DNA of 64,000 nucleotides from a virus (Duplodnaviria; Heunggongvirae; Uroviricota; Caudoviricetes). Every line of letters begins with the position of its first letter. Within the stretch, counting starts at the first letter, position 1. Positions 53,740-62,900 of this stretch are shown here, piece by piece. A program made the position numbers and the translations under genes. Under the pieces are notes generated by a model. It saw nothing but the letters and a program-made list of their open reading frames with translations. It had not been told where the DNA came from and did not search any database. The DNA is taken from the IMG/VR virus record IMGVR_UViG_2814123389_000006, positions 1 to 64,000 of that record. The stretch is one strand, 5' to 3'.

Positions 53740-54800
53740 AGACAATCCTGTGCGGTGCTCCGGCCCGCGAGAAGCGCGACCAAATGGTGGATATCCAGGA
53801 GAAGCGCGACCGCCCGGCCGTCCTATTGGGCGAGGTTCGCTCCGACGACGACACCATCCTCGAGTTCAGCGGCTACGCCTCGACCTTCGAGCCCTACGAG
53901 ATGTACGGCGGGCCGGCTCGCGGCGGCTGGATCGAGCAGCTCGACCGCACCGCATTCGACAAGACGCTGCGGGCCAAGCCAGACCTGCACCTGTTGGTAA
54001 ACCACGAGGGCTTGCCGCTGGCGCGCACCAAGAGCGGCACGCTGGAGCTGTCCGTCGATGACGGCGGGCTCAAGACGTACGCACCGCTCGACCGCTCCGA
54101 CCCCGACGTGCAGCGCATCGAACCGAAGATGCGACGCAAGGACCTCGACGAGATGTCGTTCGCGTTCCGCGTTATCAAGCAACGGTGGGACTACGCGCCC
54201 GACTTCGAGGATGACCCCTACAGCCTGCGCATCATCGAAGAGGTCAGCCTCCACAAGGGCGACGTCTCGATCGTTAACTTCGGCGCCAACCCCACCACGT
54301 CGGCCGAGCTGCTGTCGGCGGTCAAGACGATGGCGAAGGCGGATCTACGTAGCCTCGCGGACATCGAGGAGTTGCTGGCCGCCGAGGCGCTCCGTGGTGC
54401 GAGCGACGACGCCGAAGTGCAACGCGCGATCCGCAACCTGGAGATGCTGGCGCGCGAATCGCTTCCCGGCAATCTCCGTGGCAACCCGGTCGTCGTCGAC
54501 CTCGGTTCGGGGGCCAAGAAGTCGGCGACCGCGGCCGACGAGGCACGATCTGCCGCGCCGGCCGACGAGCCGGAGCCCACGCCCGAGCCGACGCCGACGG
54601 CCAAGTCGACCGGTCGCAAGCTGCTTACCCGCAGCGAGGCCATGCGCCGCCAGGGGTTCGGATCCGAGGACGGCAGCCTGATGAGCCGTCAAGACGGCGA
54701 GGCCCGGCAGGAACGCGACGGGGAAGCAGTCGAGGCGCTGCGGGCCACCGGAGCCAGCCATGACGCACTGCTCGCCAAACTGAACGGCAGCACCAACTAG
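53736..54800 (+). CDS. Prohead protease (HK97 family, S78/U35) with C-terminal scaffold-like extension
   Basis: TILEFSGYASTFEPYEMYGG...LLVNHEG protease core. ATGA-coupled to portal. Confidence 0.75.
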   Translation: MKTILCGAPAREKRDQMVDIQEKRDRPAVLLGEVRSDDDTILEFSGYASTFEPYEMYGGPARGGWIEQLDRTAFDKTLRAKPDLHLLVNHEGLPLARTKSGTLELSVDDGGLKTYAPLDRSDPDVQRIEPKMRRKDLDEMSFAFRVIKQRWDYAPDFEDDPYSLRIIEEVSLHKGDVSIVNFGANPTTSAELLSAVKTMAKADLRSLADIEELLAAEALRGASDDAEVQRAIRNLEMLARESLPGNLRGNPVVVDLGSGAKKSATAADEARSAAPADEPEPTPEPTPTAKSTGRKLLTRSEAMRRQGFGSEDGSLMSRQDGEARQERDGEAVEALRATGASHDALLAKLNGSTN

Positions 54801-55011
54801 ACCACGCGGTCGGAACCACCTGTCCGCGTAAGAGTTTCCGGCACTCGCAACCCAACCTCCCTCAACGCCCCACCTGGCACTGGTGGGGCGTTTTGCGTTG
54901 GCGTGCAAGCCGAATCCTCCCTGGCACTGGGAGTCGCAATCCCGGCGAGCCGATCCGGCGGCCGGTTCCAAATCTGCCCTGTGTCAGGGCAATTCCCGAA
55001 AGGAGCGTTCC

Positions 55012-56418
55012 GTGGAGGAACGTTTGAAGCGGCTCATCGCACTGCGCAAGAAGGCCCAGGACGAGCTGGACACCCTGTTCGCTCAGCGCAAGGCCATCAC
55101 CGACTTGCAGACCGAGGAAGCCCGCGAGGACTTCACGGCCGACGAGGACCAGGAGTTCCGCGTCAAGACGGCCGAGATCGCTACCAAGCAGGGCGAAGTG
55201 GAGGCGTTCGACGAGCGTATCCGCGAGCTCTCCGAGGAGATCGAGCGTTCCGGTCGCCTCAACGAGAGCGCCGTCGCGGCCCGCAAGGCCCAGTCCCGGG
55301 TCGAGGCGGTCCGCGAGCAGGACGCCTACACCCGCGGCAACGGTCAGTCCTACTTCAAGGACCTGATGATGTCGCAGCGCGGTCTGGACCCCACCGGCGA
55401 GGCCACGGAGCGTCTGCGCCGCCACGCGGTGGACGTCAAGACGTCGGCTGACTACCGCAAGCCCGAGATCGCACGCGCACTGGACACCACCGACGGCAAC
55501 GGTGGTTACTTCGTGCCTCCCGTCTGGCTGGTCAGCGACTACATCAAGATGATCCGGGCGGGGCGGGCGTACGCCGACCTGTGCAAGAAGCAGGATCTGC
55601 CGGCCAACACCAACGCCATCCAGATCCCCAAGGTCACCTCGGGGACCTCCGTGGCGTTCCAGAACGGTGAAAACACCGCCATCCAGCAGACCGATCTGGA
55701 TGACGACTTCATCACCGTCAACGTCCGCACCATTGCTGGTGGTCAGGACATCTCGCTGCAGTTGCTGGAGCAGAGCGCAGTCAACTTCGACGAGGTGGTT
55801 TTCGGCGATCTGCTGGCCGACCACGCGGCCCAGACGGACCTCGCCGTCCTGGCGGGCTCCGGTACCAACGGTCAGATCCGGGGCGTGCACAACACCCCCG
55901 GCATCGGCACCGTTGCCATCGCGGGTGGTGTCACCATGGCGAAGTTCTACGGCGCCATCGCCAACGGCATCCAGAAGGTGCACACGGGCCGCAAGCTGGC
56001 CCCGACGCACATCGCGATGCACCCGCGTCGGTGGGCGTGGCTGACTGCCGCGCTGGACGGCGACGAGCGTCCTCTGGTGCTGCCCGCGGGCCGCTCGGTG
56101 AACAACGTCGCCACCCTCGACGCGGTCGAGTCCCAGCAGATCGTCGGCGAGCTGCAGGGCCTGCCCGTGCTGACCGACCCGAACATCGGCACCAGCTACG
56201 GCGCTGGTGAGACCCCGTCGGAGGACATCGCCTACGTGCAGCGCTCCAGCGACATGGTGCTGTACGAGTCGGGCATCCGTACCCGGGTCCTGCCGGAGAT
56301 CGGCGGCAAGACACTGACCGTGCACCTCCAGGTGTACAGCTACGTCGCCTTCACCGCCGAGCGGTACCCGTCGTCCGTCGTTGAGATCACCGGTCTGACG
56401 GCTCCGACCTTCTCCTAA
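55012..56418 (+). CDS. Major capsid protein (HK97 fold) with N-terminal coiled-coil delta/scaffold domain
   Basis: RBS GAAAGGAGCG precedes GTG 55012 within track ORF 54883..56418. Coiled-coil N-terminus, then capsid core. Confidence 0.8.
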   Translation: MEERLKRLIALRKKAQDELDTLFAQRKAITDLQTEEAREDFTADEDQEFRVKTAEIATKQGEVEAFDERIRELSEEIERSGRLNESAVAARKAQSRVEAVREQDAYTRGNGQSYFKDLMMSQRGLDPTGEATERLRRHAVDVKTSADYRKPEIARALDTTDGNGGYFVPPVWLVSDYIKMIRAGRAYADLCKKQDLPANTNAIQIPKVTSGTSVAFQNGENTAIQQTDLDDDFITVNVRTIAGGQDISLQLLEQSAVNFDEVVFGDLLADHAAQTDLAVLAGSGTNGQIRGVHNTPGIGTVAIAGGVTMAKFYGAIANGIQKVHTGRKLAPTHIAMHPRRWAWLTAALDGDERPLVLPAGRSVNNVATLDAVESQQIVGELQGLPVLTDPNIGTSYGAGETPSEDIAYVQRSSDMVLYESGIRTRVLPEIGGKTLTVHLQVYSYVAFTAERYPSSVVEITGLTAPTFS

Positions 56419-56431
56419 CCGTCCAGGCCAG

Positions 56432-56469
56432 TTGTCGGGCCCCCACCCACTTTTCGGGCGGGGGCCCGG
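56432..56469 (+). terminator. Strong GC hairpin after capsid gene (terminator/attenuator candidate)
   Basis: CGGGCCCCC ... GGGGGCCCG, 9-bp GC stem with a roughly 17-nt loop. No U-tract. Confidence 0.35.
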
Positions 56470-56504
56470 CGCTGGTTGCCACTCTCACCACCCTGGAGGA
56501 ACCC

Positions 56505-56816
56505 ATGAGCGACACCCACAATCGTGATTTCACCGCGGACGTCATTGCGTCCCTCAAGTCCCAGCGCCGCCTGAAGCTGTCTGTTGGTCAGCCCGTCGAT
56601 GACGTCGACGCGGAACTTGCCCGCTACGGCGTCTCGGTGCAATCGGCTGTTCCGGAAACCAAGAACGAGGCTCCCGCACCGCAGAAGGCTGTACCGGCGC
56701 CGCCAGACACCGCCGCCAAGCCAGCGGAGCCGACCAAGGCCGCGTCCGCACCGGCGAAAAAGGCTGCGCCCCCTGCGAAGCCTACTGCACCGGCTGACGG
56801 CAAGGCCGGCGACTAG
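56505..56816 (+). CDS. Hypothetical head protein (Ala/Pro/Lys-rich C-terminus)
   Basis: RBS CTGGAGGAACCC precedes ATG. Confidence 0.4.
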   Translation: MSDTHNRDFTADVIASLKSQRRLKLSVGQPVDDVDAELARYGVSVQSAVPETKNEAPAPQKAVPAPPDTAAKPAEPTKAASAPAKKAAPPAKPTAPADGKAGD

Positions 56817-56819
56817 TCG

Positions 56820-57356
56820 ATGGCCCTTCCTGCCGGCGCGCTGGTCGACCCCGCCGACCTCGAGGGCAAATTCGAGGCAGGCAACCCGGAGTTCTTCGTC
56901 ACCGCCGCCGAAGCGGAGGTGCGGAAGTTCTGCGGTTGGCACATCGCCCCGTCGGTGACCGTCACGAACGGTCGTTACCCGGCAGGGGAGCGCGGGCTGG
57001 TGATGCTGCCGTCGCTGCACGTCACCGATGTTGCGTCCGTGGCGGTCGACGGGCACGAGCTGGATCAGCATGACTACGACTGGGAGCCTTGCGGTCTCAT
57101 CACCCGCAGGCTCCCGTCGTGGTCGTGCGACCCGTACGTGACGGTGACGTGGACGCATGGCTACGAGGTCTGTCCAGCCGATATCGCGGCCGTCGTGTTC
57201 GAGCTGGCATCGAGCGCGATCGAACTCCCTGCATCTCCCGCCCGGGACGTGACAGCCGGTCCGTTCCGGCTCGTCCTGGGCGGTGCCGTCGGGCTGACGC
57301 TGGACAAGAATCAGCGAGACCGGTTGGCCAACTACCGAATTCAGGGCATCGCCTGA
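56820..57356 (+). CDS. Head-tail connector/adaptor candidate
   Basis: Position and size in the head-tail module. Confidence 0.45.
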   Translation: MALPAGALVDPADLEGKFEAGNPEFFVTAAEAEVRKFCGWHIAPSVTVTNGRYPAGERGLVMLPSLHVTDVASVAVDGHELDQHDYDWEPCGLITRRLPSWSCDPYVTVTWTHGYEVCPADIAAVVFELASSAIELPASPARDVTAGPFRLVLGGAVGLTLDKNQRDRLANYRIQGIA

Positions 57357-57733
57357 TGGCTGTGTTCCCCGCTCGACTGCCGTTCAAGCACTTCAAGTGG
57401 GAGCCCGAGGCGGGCAAGGACGCGCACGGAAACGCCAAGGGCGCCCTGTCTGAGACGCCGATCGAGCGCCGCGCGATCTGCTTCTACACGGCGAACTCGC
57501 AGCAGTCATCGACGCAGGAGCCGGTGAGCCCCGAGACGGTGGCCCGTTACGTGAACAACCTGGTGATCCTGGTGAAGAACTCGACGCTGTTCTCCGAGCG
57601 GGATGAGGTCGAGATCCACGGGGTCCGTTTCCAAGTCGTCGGTGACGCGTTGTCCGGCGACTGGCGAGACGGCCCATGGCCGCGCTACAGCCGTCTGCTC
57701 GGCGGTCAAGTCAAAGCGACGAGGGTGGGCTGA
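57357..57733 (+). CDS. Head-tail joining (head closure) candidate
   Basis: TGATG coupling. In frame with track ORF 57089..57733. Confidence 0.45.
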
Positions 57734-57735
57734 CC

Positions 57736-57981
57736 ATGGTGCGAATCCGCTACAACCGGTCGGCCTGGCGCAAGATCCGCCACGCCTACGCCAACCACGT
57801 AGCCGCCCGGGCTGAGCAGATTCGCCGAACCCTGCCCGACGGCTACGAGCTGGTGGTGCAGCGGGACCCGTCGACCCAGCGGCCCCGCGCCTACATCGTT
57901 GCCCGCGAGATCCCCGCGATGATCGATGACGCAGAGAATGGCTCTCTGCTGAAGGCTGTTTCAGCGGCCCGGGGGTCGTGA
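57736..57981 (+). CDS. Head-tail/tail component candidate
   Basis: ATG 57736 within track ORF 57676..57981. Confidence 0.4.
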   Translation: MVRIRYNRSAWRKIRHAYANHVAARAEQIRRTLPDGYELVVQRDPSTQRPRAYIVAREIPAMIDDAENGSLLKAVSAARGS

Positions 57982-58409
57982 CGGTGGGGATCTATCAGCC
58001 GCTGCTGCCTGCCGATATAGAGGCGCTGGCCGTGTCGTTCCTGACCCCACTCATGGGTGGCCTGCCGGTGTGCACCGCAGTGCCGAAACCCCCGGCCGGA
58101 CAAACGGTCCCCGACCCGTTCCTGCGAGTCGAGTACGGCGGCGGGCAGCAGGTCAATCTGCTCGAGTACGACATCGACACGATCCTGTTCGGCTACGCGC
58201 GCGAAGAGATCGCCGCCTCTCTGAACACCCGAACGGCGTTCGCCCACATGGTTGCCGCAACGGGATCCACCGTTGATGGCTGGTATGTGGGCTGGTGCCG
58301 CGGCCCATCGCTGCCGCACCGCTCGAATGACCCGAAGGTGCCGGACATGCGGCGCTACCGGGCGATGGTCACCTGGCGCGTCCAGGGCCAACCCATCGCC
58401 ACTCCCTGA
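57978..58409 (+). CDS. Tail terminator / minor tail candidate
   Basis: GTGA-coupled track ORF. Confidence 0.45.
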   Translation: MTVGIYQPLLPADIEALAVSFLTPLMGGLPVCTAVPKPPAGQTVPDPFLRVEYGGGQQVNLLEYDIDTILFGYAREEIAASLNTRTAFAHMVAATGSTVDGWYVGWCRGPSLPHRSNDPKVPDMRRYRAMVTWRVQGQPIATP

Positions 58410-58502
58410 TCCCTCACCGCCCCACGCGGGGCGTGAGTCAAACGGCCGTCCCGAAACCGGGGCGGCCGTTCGCATTTCCCAACCCATGAAAGGAAGCCCG
58501 CG

Positions 58503-59096
58503 ATGGCTCTCAACAATGTGCTGGAGCTGGCGGCCCCGTCCCCGCGGGTGACCGGCGGTGTCCTGCGCGCTGCGGTCGGCACGGAACTGCCCACCACGGC
58601 GACCGGCGCTCCGAATGTGGCGTTCACCAACCTCGGCCACGTCGGCGACGACGGCCTGGAGCGCACCGAGGACCGGTCGAACCAAGAGGTCAACAACTGG
58701 GGTGGCGACCTGGTGGCGGTGCTGCAGGAGAAGTACGGCCTGGAGATCAAGTTCAAGCTGCTGCAGGTCCTCAACGCTGACGTGCAGAAGGCCGTTCACG
58801 GTGCCTCCAACATCACCGTGACTCCCGCAGATGCCACCCACGGCACGGAGATCGCCGCCAAGCTGAACGCGAAGCTGCTCGACACCGGCGCGTGGATCTT
58901 CGACGGGTTCTACAACGCCATCTCCATGCGCCTCGTGATCCCGATCGGCCGCATCACCGCCGTCGCCCCGATCAAGTGGTCGCACAAGGAGCTTGCGGCC
59001 TACGAGGTCACGCTGAAGCCGTTCCCCGACGAGGACGGCAACCACGGCTACCAGTACTGGAACGACGGTGTCGTGGTCCTGGGCGGTGGTGGTTAA
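58503..59096 (+). CDS. Major tail protein
   Basis: RBS GAAAGGAAGC. Size and position immediately upstream of the tail assembly chaperones. Confidence 0.65.
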   Translation: MALNNVLELAAPSPRVTGGVLRAAVGTELPTTATGAPNVAFTNLGHVGDDGLERTEDRSNQEVNNWGGDLVAVLQEKYGLEIKFKLLQVLNADVQKAVHGASNITVTPADATHGTEIAAKLNAKLLDTGAWIFDGFYNAISMRLVIPIGRITAVAPIKWSHKELAAYEVTLKPFPDEDGNHGYQYWNDGVVVLGGGG

Positions 59097-59482
59097 TGAC
59101 CGTCTCCGCCAAGAAGTCGACGCCACGCAAGGCGCCGGCCAAGAAGGCCGCGGAGCCCAAGCCGCAGGACGCCACCCCCGCCCCCGAGTCGGGGGTGGCG
59201 TCGCTGTACCCGAAGGACACGCCTCTGTTCGAGTACCAGACGAAGTCCGGACTCAAGGTGGCGTTCCCCAAGATCACGTCACGGGAGCTGTCTCGCCAGT
59301 TCTGGTGGAGCATCTACAAACTCGATCCGGTATTCCAGGGCTTCGCCTGGATGGACGAGTTCGAGGTGCCAGCCGGGCTGCAGGCGCTCGTGGTCGCTCT
59401 GCCCGACGACGAATACGAGGCGCTGTTTGACGCCTGGTACTCCGACGCCGGGCTTACCCCTGGGGAAACTGCGGGGGAATAA
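59097..59482 (+). CDS. Tail assembly chaperone (G-like)
   Basis: TAATGA coupling. In frame with C-terminal part of track ORF 58892..59482. Confidence 0.55.
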
Positions 59483-59901
59483 GCACGCTCACCAGTGTCT
59501 GCGGCAGGCACTGGTGGGCGGTCCTGCGTGATCTGCTGGCGATCGGGATTCGGGCCGACGATGTCGAAACCCGCTTGACTCTGCAGGAGTTGGCGGCGGT
59601 GGTGCTCGCCGCCCACCCGGGCACCGCGGTATACCACGCCCGCTACGGCGGCTGGACGCGTGAGGCGCACCTGTTGGCCTCACAGATGGAGCAGCGCGCC
59701 GGGCTGGTCGACCTCAGCCGCCGCATGCCCCGCGAGGGCGTGGCGGCCGAACCGCCAAAGGCCCAGCCGCGCAACCCGAACCGAATCGACTCCTGGGATT
59801 CGTACTCGATTGAGGAGTTCGAGAGGATGCGCGCCGCCAACTACGCCCTGGGGCCCGCCCCGTCGAAAGTGATTGGCCCAGAAAGGAGGAACCCACGATG
59901 A
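59461..59901 (+). CDS. Tail assembly chaperone -1 frameshift extension (G-T-like product)
   Basis: The -1 frame is open from at least 59461 to stop 59899-59901. GGGGGAA run (59473-59479) lies immediately before the zero-frame TAA. Classic position upstream of the tape-measure gene. Confidence 0.45.
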   Translation, partial: WGNCGGISTLTSVCGRHWWAVLRDLLAIGIRADDVETRLTLQELAAVVLAAHPGTAVYHARYGGWTREAHLLASQMEQRAGLVDLSRRMPREGVAAEPPKAQPRNPNRIDSWDSYSIEEFERMRAANYALGPAPSKVIGPERRNPR

Positions 59902-62900
59902 CTTCAGTCGAACTGGCCCAGGTGTGGGTCCCTCTGATGCCGGAGGCGTCGCGCCTGGCGCAGGGCGTGAACAAGATCGCCGGGGACGCCGAGAAGCGGT
60001 TCGGCAAGGCGGGCTCCACCATGGGAGCTTCGCTGGCCAAGGGCGTCGACACGTCGGCGCGCAAGGCGGTTGACACTCTCAAGCTGATTGAGAAGCACAC
60101 CGTCTCGGTCGAGAAGGCCAACAAGGCCAATGCCGACGCTATCGGCCGCGTCGAGGTCGCGCACAAGAAACTGGCGCAGGTCACGGCCAACGCCAAGTCC
60201 ACCGATCTGCAGCGCACGTCGGCGGCTGAGGCGTACAAGCGGGCGCAGCGTGCGCAGGAGCTGCAGGCGAACAACCTCACTCGGGCCACCAAGGACCTCA
60301 CCAACGCGGAGAAGGCGCACGCCGCGGCGCAGCGGCAACTGAGCCGCGGCACCGGGCCGGTGATGTCCTTCAAGCCGAGCGTGCTGACCGAGTCGGAACA
60401 GTTCGGTACCGACAGCGGCAACCGGTTCAGCGCGGGGTTCCGGCGGGCACTGGGCGCCGGCGCTGCGCTCGCGGTCGGCGGCGGATTCGTTGCGGGCGTG
60501 AAGAAGGTCATTGACGCGGGTCTGTCTTACGAGAGCGCGCTGAACACGCTGCAGGGTGTCACCCGGGCCAGCGGCTCTGAGATGGCCGTGGCCTCGCAGC
60601 GGGCCCGCGAACTCGGCACCGACACGCAGCTTGCCGGGGTGTCCGCGCAGGACGCTGCGATTGCGATGGCTGAGCTGGCCAAGGGCGGCTTCACGCTGGA
60701 CGAGGCGATGCGCGGTGTCCGCGGGACGCTGCAGCTCGCGACGGCGGCGCAGATCAACGCTGGTGAGGCCGCCAAGATCCAGGCGTCGACGATGAAGGCG
60801 TTCCAGCTCGATCCCGGGCAGGCCGAGAACGTCGCCGACATGCTCGCCAACGTTGCCAACGCGTCCGTCGGCGATATCCCGGACTTTGCGTACGGCCTGC
60901 AGATGGCCGGGTCCGTGGCGCACGGGTTCGGGCTGTCGGTTCAGGACACGGTGGCTGCGCTCGGCATGTTCGCCAACGCCGGCATCAAGGGCTCCGACGC
61001 GGGCACCCTGATGAAAACATCGATGCAGGCCATTACCGACCAGGGCAACCCGGCCCAGGGTGCGATCGAACAGTTGGGCCTCCAGCTCTACGACGCACAG
61101 GGCAAGTTTGTCGGCTACTCGTCGATGCTGACCCAGGTCGCCGAGGCCTCCGGTCGCATGAGCGAGCAGCAGTTCCAGGCCGCGACCAACGTGCTGTTCG
61201 GCTCAGATGCAATGCGCGCCAGCATGATCGCCGCCAACGGTGGAGCTGAGGCGTTCCGTGAGATGTGGTCGGCGGTCGGCCGGCCCGGCGGTGCGGCCGA
61301 GATGGCGCGGGCCCAGATGCAGGGCCTGCCCGGCGTGGTGGAGAACATCAAGAACACCGCCGAGGGCGCGAAGCTGGCTGTCTACGACTTGCTGCGGCCG
61401 TCGGCGATCAGCGCCGGGACCGGCCTCAAGGGGTTGCTCGACGACGTCGCCACCGGTCTGACCAGCATCAAGGACGGCACCGCCTCGGGCGCCTGGCTGC
61501 AGATCAGCGAAGGCTGGCGCGACATCTCTGGTGCTGCAAAGGATCTCGCCCCGGCTGCGTCAGCCGCGGTGAAGGCTCTCGCGACGGGCGCGGGGGCGAC
61601 CCTCGTGGTCGGGTGGCGTGCGCTCGGCGCCGCGCTGCAGATGCTCGAGCCGCCGCTGGAACTCATCGCCAACATCTTGTCCAACCCGGTCGTGTCCACC
61701 GGCCTGGTCGCCGGGCTGGGGCTGCTCTACGCCAAGTCGAAGTTGCTTCCCCCGGTGCTGCGCGGAGTCGAGAACACCACCTCCGCCGTCAGCCGCGTGA
61801 TGTCCGAACTGCGGGGACCGCTGCGAAACGTCGTCGACGAATCGACCGGCCTGGTAACCCAGACGGGTCTGCTGTCGCGTGCCAACGAGGGCACCCTGGG
61901 CCCGCTGGGCCAGATGCGCGTCGCGTACTTGGAGGGCGCCAAGCAGGCCAGCGAGTTCGGCCGCTCGCAGAAGCTCAACACCGACTTCGCGCGGGGACTG
62001 CGCGAGCAGATGGTGAGCCAGCTCGGGCCGTGGGGCCGGTTCAAAACCACCGTGGCAGACAGCACGAACCGACTGCAGTCGATGAGCACGGTCATGGGCA
62101 CGCTGCGGTCAGCCCAGTCGGGTCTGAGCAGCGCGGCGGGCGGTCTGATGAGTGCGCTCGGCGGACCGTGGGGCGTCGCGATCATGGGCGCCACGACGGC
62201 GATCGGTCTGCTCGGCGCCGCGCATGCCAACGCGGCACAGAAGGCGGCCGAGCAGAAGCAGCGCGAGAAGGAGCTGCAGGAGACGCTCGACGAGACCACG
62301 GGCCGGGTCACCGAGGCGACCCGCGCCAAGGTCAAGGACCAGTTGCAGTCCGAGGACAAGTACGGCACAACCGATTTCGGTCGCGCCGCGTCCTACGGGA
62401 TCGACAAGAGCCTGCTGATCGACGCCGCCACCGGCACCGGCGACAAGGACGCCTACGAGCGCATCCGCAAGGCCGCACTCGAGCGGGGTGTACTGCCCGG
62501 TCTGCAGGCGATCGACGAGGTTGGCGCCGGAGGAGTCCAGATCAACTGGGCGTCGCTGGAAAAGCAGCTGTCGTCGGTCGGCGTCACCACCGACGAGCTG
62601 AACAACGCTCTGCTCAAGCAGGGCACCGCATGGGACGACGTGACGGCCAAGCTGCAGAAGCTTCCGCCCGGCTCTGACGGTGCGCGGCTGAGCCTGCAGA
62701 ACCTCATCGACTGGATGCCCACCAGCAGCGAATCGATCATCACGCTGACACAGAACCTCAACGGGCTACGCAACACGTTCGATGACGGCGCGAACAAGGC
62801 CAAGGAGGGCACCGAAGCCCTCAACGGTCAGTGGGTGGCCAGCGAGGCGCTCAAGCAGAAGTACTCCGAGCTTGGGGCTCAAATCGTCGCAGTACCAACC

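Noticed and set aside
61265-62677. 470-aa + strand ORF in the track
   Set aside because: It lies in an alternative frame of the tape-measure gene (59898 onward). The tape-measure frame runs continuously to the window end and has coherent protein features. The 470-aa frame is Arg/Gly-rich low-complexity.
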